A stretch of 64,000 nucleotides of DNA from Leptospira sp. (GCA_034439575.1 JAWXAQ010000007.1:128001-192000); one strand, 5' to 3'; positions 40,555 through 51,354 are shown, counted from the stretch's first letter. Translations and numbers: made by a program. Notes: generated by a model from the sequence alone, not told the origin.

Positions 40555-41010
40555 ATGGGAACTAAATTCAAAGGCACAAAAAAGGAGATTCAGGCACTCG
40601 ATGCATTCATTAAACTGAAGAGAGCGACTGATTCGATTACTTCTCGCATTACTGCTGATTTTTCTAAGCTAAATATCTCCGAAAGTCAATTTGGCGTTTT
40701 AGAATCCTTGTATCATTTAGGTCCCCTTTGCCAAAAAAGTTTAGGTGATAAAATATTAAAGAGTACTGGCAATATAACTCTCGTTATTGATAATTTAGAA
40801 AAAAGACAATTAGTGGAAAGAGTAAGAGACAATGAAGACCGCAGATTTATAACCATTTATCTGACTGACTCAGGAAAAAAATTGATTGAGGGTATCTTTC
40901 CCGATCATGTCAAACGCATAACAAACGAATTTGCAGTTTTGACTCATGAAGAACAAGAAAGTCTCGGAAACCTCTGTCGAAAACTAGGAAAAAAAGAACA
41001 GACTACTTAG
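40555..41010 (+). CDS. MarR-family transcriptional regulator
   Basis: SESQFGVLESLYHLGPL, GNITLVIDNLEKRQLVER, DRR...LTDSG winged helix. Confidence 0.95.
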   Translation: MGTKFKGTKKEIQALDAFIKLKRATDSITSRITADFSKLNISESQFGVLESLYHLGPLCQKSLGDKILKSTGNITLVIDNLEKRQLVERVRDNEDRRFITIYLTDSGKKLIEGIFPDHVKRITNEFAVLTHEEQESLGNLCRKLGKKEQTT

Positions 41011-42284
41011 TCTCTATAATCCGTCACCAAACGAAAACCAGCCCGTCTATCTTCAAGTAAGTTAGGAATTCCTCCATAAGATCTTGCGATAGCACTAGAG
41101 TTTTTAGCATTCTCAGAAAATGATCCTCCCCGAATCACTTTATAAATTTTTCCAAAAGCAAAACTCTTTAAATGATGACCTGGGTAAAGTTCATACCAGC
41201 TTGATGTCCATTCGGGTGCATTGCCACACATACCCATCGCCCCGAATGGGCTTGCTCCTTCCTGTGAAAGTTCATAAACAGAAAGCGTTTTTCCTATGTT
41301 TGACTCTCGAGTATTACATAATAATGAATCAAATTCTTCACCGAAGGGATATTTGTTGTTCGTAATTTGATAATTAATCGTTTCATCACGATTTGTATAA
41401 GCGATGACGCCACCACCTCTGGCTGCTTTTTCCCATTCAAATTCAGTAGGAATCCGTTTTCCAGTCCACCTTGCATACTTCTCTACTTCACGGTATGTTA
41501 AATTTACAACAGGATGGTTCTCTTCATTCAATGGATACTTTCCACCTATCCAATGTGCAGGTGCAATAGTATTCGTTTGTTCCAAAAAATAAGCATATTC
41601 TTTGTTTGTAACTTCATACTTATCAATATAATAAGAAGGTAATTCTTTTAAAGTGGCAAGAGATGGTTCAGAAAAATACGGATTAAAATTATCTAGTGAG
41701 GCATCACTTCCTTGGCCATAAATAAATAAACCCCGGATAACAAGCACCATTTCTTTTTTATCGATAGGATGAATAATATTTTTTCGAGGGGTTGTAAATC
41801 TTCCTTTGAAATAATTATCGGGTTCTACATAGAAATCTTCTTCCACATAACTGGCAATATATGCATCAGTAGAAATAGCGGACATTCTGGTGTTTTTGTC
41901 TGGCAAATAATCGCCAATCAAAACTACTTCAAAAAATTTATCTTTTAATGTTAAGTTCTTCTCTTCGAAATTTCTTTCCCTCATTAAAAAAGTTCCGACA
42001 GGAAAATTCGTTTCTTTTTGGAAAACGGAGTATGATTTATTTGGCTCAAAAAGACTTTTTAATTTTTCAATACTGTATTTGGCAATTTTTTGATTTCGAT
42101 ATACTCTAATTTTAATCCAAACTCGATTTTTGTAAATTCCGACCACATCTCCTTTCCAAATCATTACCTTTTTTTTGGTACTTGCAAACGGAGAAACCTC
42201 AGATGAGTCTTCATTCTCCTGAGATAATATTGTTCCAGAAAAAATAAGATACAAACAGAATATTAGAACTAATCTTAAAAGCAT
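41007..42284 (-). CDS. Secreted SUMF1/FGE-sulfatase-domain protein
   Basis: Signal peptide; IDKYEVTN, HPVV, RIPTEFEWEKAARG, GMCGNAPEW, RGGSF, GFR. Confidence 0.9.
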   Translation of the reverse strand: MLLRLVLIFCLYLIFSGTILSQENEDSSEVSPFASTKKKVMIWKGDVVGIYKNRVWIKIRVYRNQKIAKYSIEKLKSLFEPNKSYSVFQKETNFPVGTFLMRERNFEEKNLTLKDKFFEVVLIGDYLPDKNTRMSAISTDAYIASYVEEDFYVEPDNYFKGRFTTPRKNIIHPIDKKEMVLVIRGLFIYGQGSDASLDNFNPYFSEPSLATLKELPSYYIDKYEVTNKEYAYFLEQTNTIAPAHWIGGKYPLNEENHPVVNLTYREVEKYARWTGKRIPTEFEWEKAARGGGVIAYTNRDETINYQITNNKYPFGEEFDSLLCNTRESNIGKTLSVYELSQEGASPFGAMGMCGNAPEWTSSWYELYPGHHLKSFAFGKIYKVIRGGSFSENAKNSSAIARSYGGIPNLLEDRRAGFRLVTDYRD

Positions 42285-42375
42285 TTCTTTCTTTAGTATC
42301 GACCACTTTCTAAAAACCTTTTGATTGAATTTTTAAAGCGAGTCTGTAGAATTAAAAAGTAGGGAAATCAATAGA

Positions 42376-42981
42376 TTGCTAGAATTCAATTATAAACGGG
42401 AAAAACAAAATATCCTGATCTCCCTGAAAACCGATACGACTCAATTCGGTACGTTTCACCGCATAGCGACTATTATTTATGCCTTAAAATTAGACATTTT
42501 GTCAGGTGAACTTGGCACTGTGGAAGAGAATGGACATCATTATACTGTCGATTCATTCATTTTGCAGGCAGATGAAAATACGGTATCTCAAGCGGCTTTT
42601 CAATTAGGTGTAATGATGGATTCATTATTTTCTAAAAATGCAAAATTTGAAGAAATACTCTCAAAATTGCAAATTCAAGAACCTGCAGTGAGCACATTCT
42701 TTAAAGAAAATCCGGAATTCATATTTTCTGACATCCATGAAAAAAATGAGACATGCCTTTATTTAGAATCTAGTGCAGGTCGTGGTCTTCTTTATTATGT
42801 TTCGCGCATATTAATGGAGAATAAGATCAATATTATTTCGGCAACGATTGAGACAGATCCGATAAACGGCAGAGCAAAAGATAGTTTTTATTTAACAAAT
42901 TCTGAAGGTGAGATGTTCGCATCTTCTCCGTTAGCGGAAAAGATACGAACTCAAATTTTAGCTCCTATAAAAACTAGTTAA
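42376..42981 (+). CDS. Stand-alone tandem ACT-domain protein (GlnD C-terminal-like)
   Basis: Two repeats: GTFHRIA..LDILSG..VDSF and GRGLLYYVS..INIISATIET..AKDSFYL. Confidence 0.75.
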   Translation: MLEFNYKREKQNILISLKTDTTQFGTFHRIATIIYALKLDILSGELGTVEENGHHYTVDSFILQADENTVSQAAFQLGVMMDSLFSKNAKFEEILSKLQIQEPAVSTFFKENPEFIFSDIHEKNETCLYLESSAGRGLLYYVSRILMENKINIISATIETDPINGRAKDSFYLTNSEGEMFASSPLAEKIRTQILAPIKTS

Positions 42982-42992
42982 ACTAGTTTTTA
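42968..42992. terminator. Palindrome spanning two convergent stop codons (candidate bidirectional terminator)
   Basis: TAAAAACTAGTT-A-AACTAGTTTTTA, perfect 12-bp arms. Confidence 0.5.
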
Positions 42993-43654
42993 CAAAGTAC
43001 TTTGTGTTTTTCCGATTTCAAGATCGTAACTGATTTTCCAGTTTTGAAATTGAATGCAAAAGCTTTGGTGTTGTTCGCAAAGTTTTTTGTCCAATAAACA
43101 TCATCTGTTTTTAAATCTGAAGCTGCTTCCTTTGAATAGTCAGCAAATTCTTGACGGGATGGTAAAATAGCACCTAACTTTTCACAGTAGGATCCAGCTT
43201 CTTCCCATTTTTTTCCTGATTCAATTTTATCAACAGCAAACTTTTTAACTTCCGCTTTAGCTGCTTCTTCAGGAGCAGTTGTTGATTCAGTTACTTCAGC
43301 TGGTTTTTTATCTACTTTCACTTCTGGAGTTTCAACTTTAGTTTGATTAGGTAGAGTTTCTGCTGATTTACTTTTGTATTTCGCATAACCTAAGTAACCG
43401 ATCGCTGCTACTCCTGCTAAAACTAAAAACAAATAAACCCCGTTGCCAGATTCATTTTTTTCATTCTTATCTTTTGAACTTGTCGATACCGCCGCTGATT
43501 GAAGAGATACTTGTGCCGATTCGTCATTTGAAAATAGAGAAGCTGATTCCTCTCTCATAGACGGCTTTTTTACAGTTGTAGATTTCTTCTTTGCTGCCTG
43601 CTTTTTAGGCGCAGCCTTCTTCTTAGCGGCAGAAGATGATTTTTTCGTTGCCAT
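42983..43654 (-). CDS. Single-pass membrane protein: Lys/Ala-rich N-terminus and C-terminal DUF1566/C-type-lectin-like domain
   Basis: MATKKSSSAAKKKAAPKKQAAKKK; TM VYLFLVLAGVAAIGYLGYA; WEEAGSYC...LPSRQE...YWT...VLC. Confidence 0.75.
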   Translation of the reverse strand: MATKKSSSAAKKKAAPKKQAAKKKSTTVKKPSMREESASLFSNDESAQVSLQSAAVSTSSKDKNEKNESGNGVYLFLVLAGVAAIGYLGYAKYKSKSAETLPNQTKVETPEVKVDKKPAEVTESTTAPEEAAKAEVKKFAVDKIESGKKWEEAGSYCEKLGAILPSRQEFADYSKEAASDLKTDDVYWTKNFANNTKAFAFNFKTGKSVTILKSEKHKVLCKN

Positions 43655-43798
43655 ATAGAATATCCTTATTGCCGAGACAATGCTTATATTAGTTATCTCA
43701 AGGAATTCAAAAATGCTTAAGAAGTTCTTCTCAAATTTGAAATTTTTTGATTTTTTTTTAAGTGTCCTATGATTTTCGAATCAGAAACTTGCATTTAG

Positions 43799-45082
43799 AT
43801 GAAACAAATTCGAATCGGACTCGTGGGTGCTGGAGTGGTTGGATCAAATCTACTCCAACTACTGGAAAAAAATAAAAAGACAATCCAAACTCGAAATCAA
43901 TTGGATATTGAAGTCGTAGCCATTGCCACAAGGACTCCATCTAAAGTGCAAGGTTTTGCACAGATCCCGGTTTCCACTGATCCGTTATCCATCACTCAAA
44001 ATCCGAATGTAGACTTAGTCGTAGAACTTATCGGTGGAACGACCACCGCTTACACTATCGTTCAAAATGCACTGAGCAATGGTAAACCTGTCATTACTGC
44101 AAATAAGGCTCTTCTTTCTGACCGAGGTGATGAAATATTTCAATTAGCAAAAGAAAAGGGCCTTGAGATTGGATATGAAGCCGCGGTTGCTGGTTCAATA
44201 CCGATCATTCGCACATTACGAGATGGATTGGCTTCTTGTGAATTTGAAGTTATCTGCGGAATTTTAAACGGAACTACAAATTTCATTCTAACAAAAATGG
44301 AAGAAGAAAATTGGAATTATGAAGTAGCGTTAAAGAAAGCACAAGACCTTGGTTTTGCCGAAGCAGATCCGACCTTTGATGTGGAAGGTATCGATGCAGC
44401 ACATAAGATATCTCTCCTTTCCTCACTCGCATTTCGAACAAAAGTTCCATTTAATTTTTTGAATGTCGAAGGAATCAGCAAATTGCAAGCAATTGATATT
44501 GCATCTAGCAAATCTCTCGGATATAGAATTAAATTACTTGGTATAGCTAAACGAATAAACAATGTTATCCTATCAAAAGTCCATCCAACGCTTGTGCCAC
44601 TAAACCATCCTTTGGCGAGTGTTATGAATGAATCAAATGCCGTTTATTATAAGACAGCTGAGGCTGGGGCTGGTATGGTTACGGGTAAGGGAGCTGGTGG
44701 ACTTCCGACGGCAAGTGCAGTACTAGCTGATTTGATATATTACGGATCGCGATTCAAAGTTCAAAATACCCTCATAGAAAATAATATTTACCCACTGGCA
44801 GAAAAATTTCCCGAAGAAAGCAATAAAGTTCGATACTATTTACGCTTTTCGACTTTAGATAAACCAGGAGTTCTTGCTGAAATAGCTCGAATTTTAGGCA
44901 AAAATAATATTTCCATAGCGTCCGTTCAACAAAAAGAATCAAATACCGAGCCTGTGAATGTAATCGTAGTGACACATGAAGCCTTGGAAGGCGATTTTAA
45001 AAAATCAATTCAAGAAATTGATCAACTTACATCGTTTATAAAAGAAAAAACGGTAGCCATTCGACTTCTAGAAAACTTATAA
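43799..45082 (+). CDS. hom: Homoserine dehydrogenase with C-terminal ACT domain
   Basis: GAGVVG, VELIGG, TANKAL, EAAVAGSIP, LNGTTNFIL, AEADPTFDVEG, GAGGLPTASAV, DKPGVLA. Confidence 0.97.
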   Translation: MKQIRIGLVGAGVVGSNLLQLLEKNKKTIQTRNQLDIEVVAIATRTPSKVQGFAQIPVSTDPLSITQNPNVDLVVELIGGTTTAYTIVQNALSNGKPVITANKALLSDRGDEIFQLAKEKGLEIGYEAAVAGSIPIIRTLRDGLASCEFEVICGILNGTTNFILTKMEEENWNYEVALKKAQDLGFAEADPTFDVEGIDAAHKISLLSSLAFRTKVPFNFLNVEGISKLQAIDIASSKSLGYRIKLLGIAKRINNVILSKVHPTLVPLNHPLASVMNESNAVYYKTAEAGAGMVTGKGAGGLPTASAVLADLIYYGSRFKVQNTLIENNIYPLAEKFPEESNKVRYYLRFSTLDKPGVLAEIARILGKNNISIASVQQKESNTEPVNVIVVTHEALEGDFKKSIQEIDQLTSFIKEKTVAIRLLENL

Positions 45083-45104
45083 TTACTTCAGGCCAAATCT
45101 AATT

Positions 45105-45475
45105 ATGAGATCTATTGAATTTTCATCCTTAACTCTCAATCTTGAAGACCAAACAATAGGAAACGAAAGTGTTCTTATCGTTGCTTTTAATGGCCAAATC
45201 ACAAACACTAACGCCTATGAAATCAATGGAAAAATTTCTGAAATTTTTCAGGGCAATATTTTCAATATCATTTTAGATCTCACAAATTTACAATATATCA
45301 ATAGTATAGGTGTTGCCACTTTACTCGGTATGATTAAGACCGTAGAACAAAACAAAGGTAAGATGTACATTGGTGGATTAAATCATTTTTTGGAAAACGT
45401 AATCAAACTTATGGAATTGCCAAGCAAATAAAAATATATCCTTCACGCGACGCAGCGATTTCAAATTGGGTTTAA
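45105..45475 (+). pseudogene. STAS-domain gene with a 1-nt frameshift near the 3' end (mutation or sequencing error)
   Basis: GQITNTN, LDLTNLQYINSIGV. Track ORF stops at 45431 (..MELPSK*), but the -1 frame continues [15 protein letters not shown] to 45475, a typical STAS C-terminus. Confidence 0.75.
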
Positions 45476-47113
45476 GGTTTCGCCCTTTTTTTCTTCCCAG
45501 ATTTTATTTTCTATAATTTCAAGCAATTCTTCCAGTCCCTGTTTTTTTCCAGCTGATACAAGTATCTCACCATTTTCTTTTAGTGGTAAAATCATCTCTT
45601 CTTCAATCTGATCCACTTTGTTATAAATGACTAATCGCGGTATTTCATGTAGGTTGAGACTATTCAAAATTCCATCTACTGCTTCCATTTGTTCGGTATA
45701 ATTTGGATTTGAAATATCGACCACGTGAAGAAGTAAATCAGCATCGCCTAACTCTTCGAGAGTTGCTTTAAATGCTTGGGATAAATCTGGTGGAAGATCA
45801 TGAATAAAACCAACAGTATCTGAAATGATAATCTCTCTTTCTTTTGGAAATCGAATCCTTCTAGTTGTCGGATCCAGAGTGGCAAATAGTTTGTCCTCTG
45901 CAGTTACAGTTGAATTTGTTAGAGCATTTAAAAGTGTTGATTTGCCAGCATTCGTATAACCGACGATAGCAACTATAGGAACTTCATTTCGAGTTCTAGC
46001 CTTGCGATTTAATTCCCTTCTTTTTTTGAGAGAGAGAAGTTCATTTTCTAATCGAGTAATTTTTTCTTCAACACGACGATTTCCTATCTCCAGTTTAGTT
46101 TCACCAGGCCCTCGACCTCCGATACCACCAGTTAGGCGAGACATATTGTCGTCTAATTCTGACAAACGATTTTTCAAATATTTTAATTGAGCTAATTCTA
46201 CTTGTAATTTACCATCGCGTGACTTCGCATTCTTTGAAAAAATATCCAGAATTAATTGTGTTCTATCTATGATTTTTAAATCACTGATATCGGAAATTTT
46301 TTTGGCTTGGGAAGGCGCGAGTTCTAAATCAAATATCAAAAGTTCTATATCTTTATGAACGGATTTAAGTATAATCTCTTGTAATTTTCCCTTACCGACG
46401 ACAGTCGAAGGATCAGCAGGTTTTTTCTGAACATAGGTATCTACGACATGAATGCCGGCAGTTTTACACAGTTCTTTCAACTCATCCATAGAATGTTCAG
46501 GGGTACGTTTCATTTTACGAACATCATAAACGCCAACGAGAAAGGCTCGATTCAATAATTGGGATTCTTTTAGATTAGAATTTTTTTTGGTGAACTCAGA
46601 TTCCAGAGCCAAAATTTCTTCCGTATAACCTTCCTTAATCTGTCCTGGAAAAACTTTTTGATCAAGTACCCAGGGATCTTCTGCATCGGGGTCAGGATTA
46701 ATAAATGCAGAATAAAAAAACTTGGGGATTCCTGATTCATCCACGACTGCCGCCGTGATCGAATCAAACCGATTCAAAACAAGATCCATAAGATCTTCTT
46801 GGTTTAAGTTTTCATTTTTTAAGTGAGTATGAAATAGCCGGAGCCCTCGTAAACGAGACTGAGCAACGCGCACTCGATCAAGATGGGGAATTTCTATCGA
46901 ATGATCACTGCCTACAATCAAATGTGTGACATAACCGGAACGGTCAATCAACGTTCCAATTTGTCGTTTAATTTCTATAGATAACTCACCTGTAGCTCGA
47001 GCAAACTCCTGGGTGACAATGGAATCACTACGAAGTCTGCGCTCAGACAGAGATTTTAACTTTTTTATCTGATTTGGCTTGAGTCCATTTAGATTGCCGC
47101 TAATTTTACTTAT
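45461..47113 (-). CDS. hflX: GTPase HflX, long N-terminal form, probable ATA start
   Basis: [36 protein letters not shown]. Frame stays open 54 codons above TTG 46951 to ATA 47113 ([18 protein letters not shown]..), with an in-frame TAA at 47120-47122. Confidence 0.93.
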   Translation of the reverse strand: MSKISGNLNGLKPNQIKKLKSLSERRLRSDSIVTQEFARATGELSIEIKRQIGTLIDRSGYVTHLIVGSDHSIEIPHLDRVRVAQSRLRGLRLFHTHLKNENLNQEDLMDLVLNRFDSITAAVVDESGIPKFFYSAFINPDPDAEDPWVLDQKVFPGQIKEGYTEEILALESEFTKKNSNLKESQLLNRAFLVGVYDVRKMKRTPEHSMDELKELCKTAGIHVVDTYVQKKPADPSTVVGKGKLQEIILKSVHKDIELLIFDLELAPSQAKKISDISDLKIIDRTQLILDIFSKNAKSRDGKLQVELAQLKYLKNRLSELDDNMSRLTGGIGGRGPGETKLEIGNRRVEEKITRLENELLSLKKRRELNRKARTRNEVPIVAIVGYTNAGKSTLLNALTNSTVTAEDKLFATLDPTTRRIRFPKEREIIISDTVGFIHDLPPDLSQAFKATLEELGDADLLLHVVDISNPNYTEQMEAVDGILNSLNLHEIPRLVIYNKVDQIEEEMILPLKENGEILVSAGKKQGLEELLEIIENKIWEEKKGETLNPI

Positions 47114-47137
47114 GGTAGCTTACCGATATAATATAGT

Positions 47138-49036
47138 ATGGAAATAGGCTTTCACAAAACTAAACAGGGTCAAGACATAATTTCAAGAATCGGCCTGCTA
47201 ACAATTTTGCTCTTTATTATAAGTTGTAGTTCGACCAAGCCCTTTCAGTTAACAGACGTATCACCTAAATATAGAGAATTTCAAGGTACTGATTTGGATC
47301 CTGGAAATGGAAAAACTGAATCAATCGTACTTACAAAAAATCAGATTTATGATGATTTCATACTTAAAGCTAACAAAAGTATTCGCGAATTAGAATTTGC
47401 CGAAACCGTTGCACAGCAAGGCGAAAATAAAAAGGCAAATAATGAGCCTATCCAAAGAGAAATGAATGCGGCTGGTTATATTCTAGAAGACCTTCCGAAC
47501 ACAGTAGCAGAATTACCTTCACTACGGAAAAAGAATATTGAATTAATTGAAGCTTCACCTAACGACTTCGAAGGTCCAAGTATGGGAAAAGTGGGAAGCG
47601 AACTTGCACGAATTCAAGAAAAATTAAATGTACTTACTCCAAAATCTGAAAAGATTTTACAGTCTCTAAAAAACTTACGTTCCGATAGTTCCAACTATTC
47701 TACTACTCGTGAAGCTGAAGTTAAAAAAGAAGAAACACCACAAGATACGAAAAGTGATCCAATCATATTAACAGAAACTGTTGAATCAAAACCTGTAGAA
47801 AACAAAAAAGAAGATAAGAAAGATAAAAATAATAAATCAAAAATTGCAATTAACAGAGTTCCTAAGAAAAATAAAGTTACCGGCACCACAAAAGATTTGT
47901 TCAAAGAAGAAATTAGACAAATAGAAGACACTCTCAGTGATGATGAACGAAAAGAAAAAGAATACACTGAAAAAATCAGAAGTGGACTAGTAGAAGTTTT
48001 TAAATGGGAATACTTTCGAAAACCAAAGAATCTAGAAAAATTATTAATAACTCATCCTATCCCAAGAGTTAGATCTGCTGCAGCATTGGCACTGGGAAGA
48101 TTAAAGGCGGGTAGAATTGCTCTTCATCATGCCATTGACAAGGATGGTTATCAAGTTCGTCCGGCCGCTTATAAAGCATTATCAGAATTAGGTGATAAAA
48201 AATCGTTAGCCTATTTTCTTTCTGGAACTAAAGCAGAAGATATCGAAGTGATAGCCGCAAGTTATGAAGGATTAGGAAAAACCAAAGATCCAGCTGGTCG
48301 AGAATTGATCATTTCTCAAGGATTGAATTCAGAGTATGTAATCGTAGTTGCGAGTTCCATTAGAGGACTAGCATATAATAAAGTACCTGGTGATGTTTCG
48401 CTCTTAGAGAAATTTTTAAAGTCAGCAGAAGAACCTGAAATTAAGGATGCTGCTGTAGAAGCATTGTCAATACACGGAAGCCGAGAAGCCCTTCGTGTAT
48501 TAGAAGAAAACGTTAAAGAGCAACCCGAGTTATCTGCAAAAATTTTGGAAGCTATTGGTAAAAATCCTAGTTTAGCTGCAACATTTTCACTCATAAGACT
48601 CAATGAAATAATTGAGGATGAAAAGTTGACAAAACTTATAGGTGAAAATTTACTTCGAAAGAAAGCATTTGGAAAATATGCAATCGTACTTGTCCAAGAT
48701 GATTTTTTAAGACTAGAACCAAATGAAAGATCAAGACCAGTTTCCTATGTTAAAGCGAAAGAAATCGGTCTAGTACTTGGAGAATCAAAAAAGGAATTCG
48801 CTGTCCGATTGGGTGAAGAAATTATCACTGATAAGTATATGCAGCTCAAAATGGAATCAACGATTCCAGGCAGCCGAAGCCCATTTACTACAGGATGGAT
48901 TTTTTATCCGAAAATCGAAATTATCGAAGTAAAAAAGTTAGGTGATGATAATGAAGAAAAATATTCTAATTTGAAAAAAGGAAAACATCAGAATATTTTT
49001 AATCCTATCAAAGATAAAACTAAGGAAAAAGAATAA
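47138..49036 (+). CDS. HEAT-repeat putative lipoprotein
   Basis: LLTILLFIIS-C lipobox-like; coiled region; HEAT-like repeats (VRSAAALALGRL, VRPAAYKALSELG, IKDAAVEALS). Exact start uncertain. Confidence 0.78.
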   Translation: MEIGFHKTKQGQDIISRIGLLTILLFIISCSSTKPFQLTDVSPKYREFQGTDLDPGNGKTESIVLTKNQIYDDFILKANKSIRELEFAETVAQQGENKKANNEPIQREMNAAGYILEDLPNTVAELPSLRKKNIELIEASPNDFEGPSMGKVGSELARIQEKLNVLTPKSEKILQSLKNLRSDSSNYSTTREAEVKKEETPQDTKSDPIILTETVESKPVENKKEDKKDKNNKSKIAINRVPKKNKVTGTTKDLFKEEIRQIEDTLSDDERKEKEYTEKIRSGLVEVFKWEYFRKPKNLEKLLITHPIPRVRSAAALALGRLKAGRIALHHAIDKDGYQVRPAAYKALSELGDKKSLAYFLSGTKAEDIEVIAASYEGLGKTKDPAGRELIISQGLNSEYVIVVASSIRGLAYNKVPGDVSLLEKFLKSAEEPEIKDAAVEALSIHGSREALRVLEENVKEQPELSAKILEAIGKNPSLAATFSLIRLNEIIEDEKLTKLIGENLLRKKAFGKYAIVLVQDDFLRLEPNERSRPVSYVKAKEIGLVLGESKKEFAVRLGEEIITDKYMQLKMESTIPGSRSPFTTGWIFYPKIEIIEVKKLGDDNEEKYSNLKKGKHQNIFNPIKDKTKEKE

Positions 49037-49051
49037 TTCGATTATAAAGAA

Positions 49052-49462
49052 TTAGTCATTCAAAAAAGGAATGGTCTGATTCTTTATTTTAATTGTTGGG
49101 AAGAAAAGTACCTCTCCTTTCTTTAGAGGTACTTTTGGTATCATCCAATGAAGTCCACAAAACCAAGATAAAAAGTATCTTGATATCCACATCACACCGA
49201 GAACATCAAATCCAGTCGAAGCTATCACTATTACTCCTTTGTATCCTGATTTGTAAATTTTTCTCATCATCCACAGCCCAGATGTTTGTGTTTCCATAGT
49301 GATATCGGAAATTATCATATCATACGTTTTCCCTGAATTAAATAATTCTAATCCTTGTTTGGCGTCAATAGCACGATCACTTTGAATTGATTTTGAATCC
49401 AAATAAACTTTGAGATTTATTGCATATTTGTCATTATCATCAACGATTAATACTCGCATCAC
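49052..49462 (-). CDS. Single-domain response regulator, atypical C-terminal half
   Basis: VLIVDDN, IISDITM, SG, IAST, PK; overlaps the stop of the ABC transporter gene. Confidence 0.8.
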   Translation of the reverse strand: MMRVLIVDDNDKYAINLKVYLDSKSIQSDRAIDAKQGLELFNSGKTYDMIISDITMETQTSGLWMMRKIYKSGYKGVIVIASTGFDVLGVMWISRYFLSWFCGLHWMIPKVPLKKGEVLFFPTIKIKNQTIPFLND

Positions 49463-51354
49463 ATTTGTACCTCGGCATCAAGGAATTGACTGTCATACAA
49501 TTTTTTATATATCCCATTTTGAGATAATAGGAAGTCATGATCTCCCATTTCCTTTATCTCACCTTCTTCGATGACGACAATATTCTTCACTCGCCTAATT
49601 GTAGATAATCTATGTGCAATAATAAATGTAGTTCTATTTTTAAAAAGCCTCTCTAATGCTCTAGTTACAAGTCGTTCCGATTCGGCATCAAGAGCGCTAG
49701 TCGCTTCATCTAATATCATTATTTCTGGATTTCGTAATAATGCTCTTGCTATGACCAATCGTTGTCTTTGCCCACCACTCAGATCCAAACCGCGTACACC
49801 AATGATAGAGTCATATCCATTTTCCATTTTCATAATAAAGTCATGAGCATTGGCAAGTCTTGCTGCCCGAACCACATCACTTCGTTTAGATGCACTTGTA
49901 CCATAGGCGATATTATCTGCGATAGTTCCGTGAAATAAAAAGATTTCCTGTGTAACGATACCTATTTTACTCCGCAAAGATTTTAAAGTCACATCTCTTA
50001 TATCATGTTTATCTATAATGATCCGACCTTGAGTAGGGTCAAAAAATCTAGGTATCAAATCCATAAGAGTAGATTTACCACTGCCACTTGTTCCGACAAA
50101 TGCGTATGTTTCACCTAACTTTACATCTAAATTGATTCCTCTTAGTACTTCTTGATTTGTACCTGGATAAGAAAAATGAAGGTTATCAAATACAATTCCT
50201 TCTTTGATGGTTTCTAAATTCAATTTGCCTTTCTGTTCTTCTATTTCAGAGTCACGATCAATGATTTCAAAAATTCTTTTTCCGGCAGCATTTGCTTGTG
50301 TAATTTTTCCTACCATTTGAGAGAGTTGAGTTAAAGGACGGAGTAAAAATAGTAAAATTAATAGAAAAGTCATAAACTCGCCTTGAGTAAACTTTCCTGC
50401 ATAAATAAATTTAGCACCTAATGCAAAGTATCCTAATACTACGATTGAAGATGTTAACTCCACCAAACTCGGTGCCATTTGAAGATAAAATTGTCCTTTG
50501 AAATTTCGTTTATAAACTTTATCATTTATATTCTTAAATTTTTTGATTTCAGATTTTTCTTGTCTGAATGTTCTAATCACTTTAATTCCAGAGATAAATT
50601 CTTGGATATGCCCATTTAGATCGGCAAGACGTTCTTGCAATCTGGTGGTCGAACTTGAAATTTTTCGTGTAAACAATGTTACAGGCAAGATCACCACTGG
50701 TATCGTAATACATGCCAATATTAAAAGTTCAGTATTCATATAGATCAATATTAGTAAATGAGTCAGGACATAAAAAAAGTTGATAAGCGCATCACGAAAG
50801 TTACTTGATATTACCGCCGCAACTATCTCGGCATCATTGATAACTCTACTCATGATCAGTCCAGTTTTTTCTTTGTAAAAATATGTGAGAGGTAACCTTT
50901 GAACTTTGTCAAAAAGTTCCTGGCGGATATCTCGGACAGCTCGGTATCCGGAGGTAGCTATACAATAAACTGAAATAAGATATGTGAGCATTTTTAATAA
51001 ATACAAAGGAAAAACAGCAATGCAGACTGTCCAAACTACCTCCTTTGGTTCCATATCCTTAGTATATTCATTTAATTGAAGTTTTATGGAAATGATAACA
51101 CGCTTTATGCGATCAAGGCCATCAAGAAATTCTTCTCCCATATAAATTTCTTCAACAAGGATAGTTTTTTCTGGATTTGTTAATTCAAAGTGAAGTCGTT
51201 TTGTAGTATCCCCACCTAAAGAATCAAAAAGTGGAACAAGAGATGTTAAAGATATTCCATTTAAAATAGCTGTTAATAATGCAAAAACCAAACCGAGTAC
51301 AAATCGATTTCGGTAATTAAATGAATATTTCATCAAACGGATAAAATACTTCAT
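49459..51354 (-). CDS. ABC exporter, fused TMD-NBD (MsbA-like)
   Basis: Multi-TM N-terminus; Walker [34 protein letters not shown]. Confidence 0.93.
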   Translation of the reverse strand: MKYFIRLMKYSFNYRNRFVLGLVFALLTAILNGISLTSLVPLFDSLGGDTTKRLHFELTNPEKTILVEEIYMGEEFLDGLDRIKRVIISIKLQLNEYTKDMEPKEVVWTVCIAVFPLYLLKMLTYLISVYCIATSGYRAVRDIRQELFDKVQRLPLTYFYKEKTGLIMSRVINDAEIVAAVISSNFRDALINFFYVLTHLLILIYMNTELLILACITIPVVILPVTLFTRKISSSTTRLQERLADLNGHIQEFISGIKVIRTFRQEKSEIKKFKNINDKVYKRNFKGQFYLQMAPSLVELTSSIVVLGYFALGAKFIYAGKFTQGEFMTFLLILLFLLRPLTQLSQMVGKITQANAAGKRIFEIIDRDSEIEEQKGKLNLETIKEGIVFDNLHFSYPGTNQEVLRGINLDVKLGETYAFVGTSGSGKSTLMDLIPRFFDPTQGRIIIDKHDIRDVTLKSLRSKIGIVTQEIFLFHGTIADNIAYGTSASKRSDVVRAARLANAHDFIMKMENGYDSIIGVRGLDLSGGQRQRLVIARALLRNPEIMILDEATSALDAESERLVTRALERLFKNRTTFIIAHRLSTIRRVKNIVVIEEGEIKEMGDHDFLLSQNGIYKKLYDSQFLDAEVQM

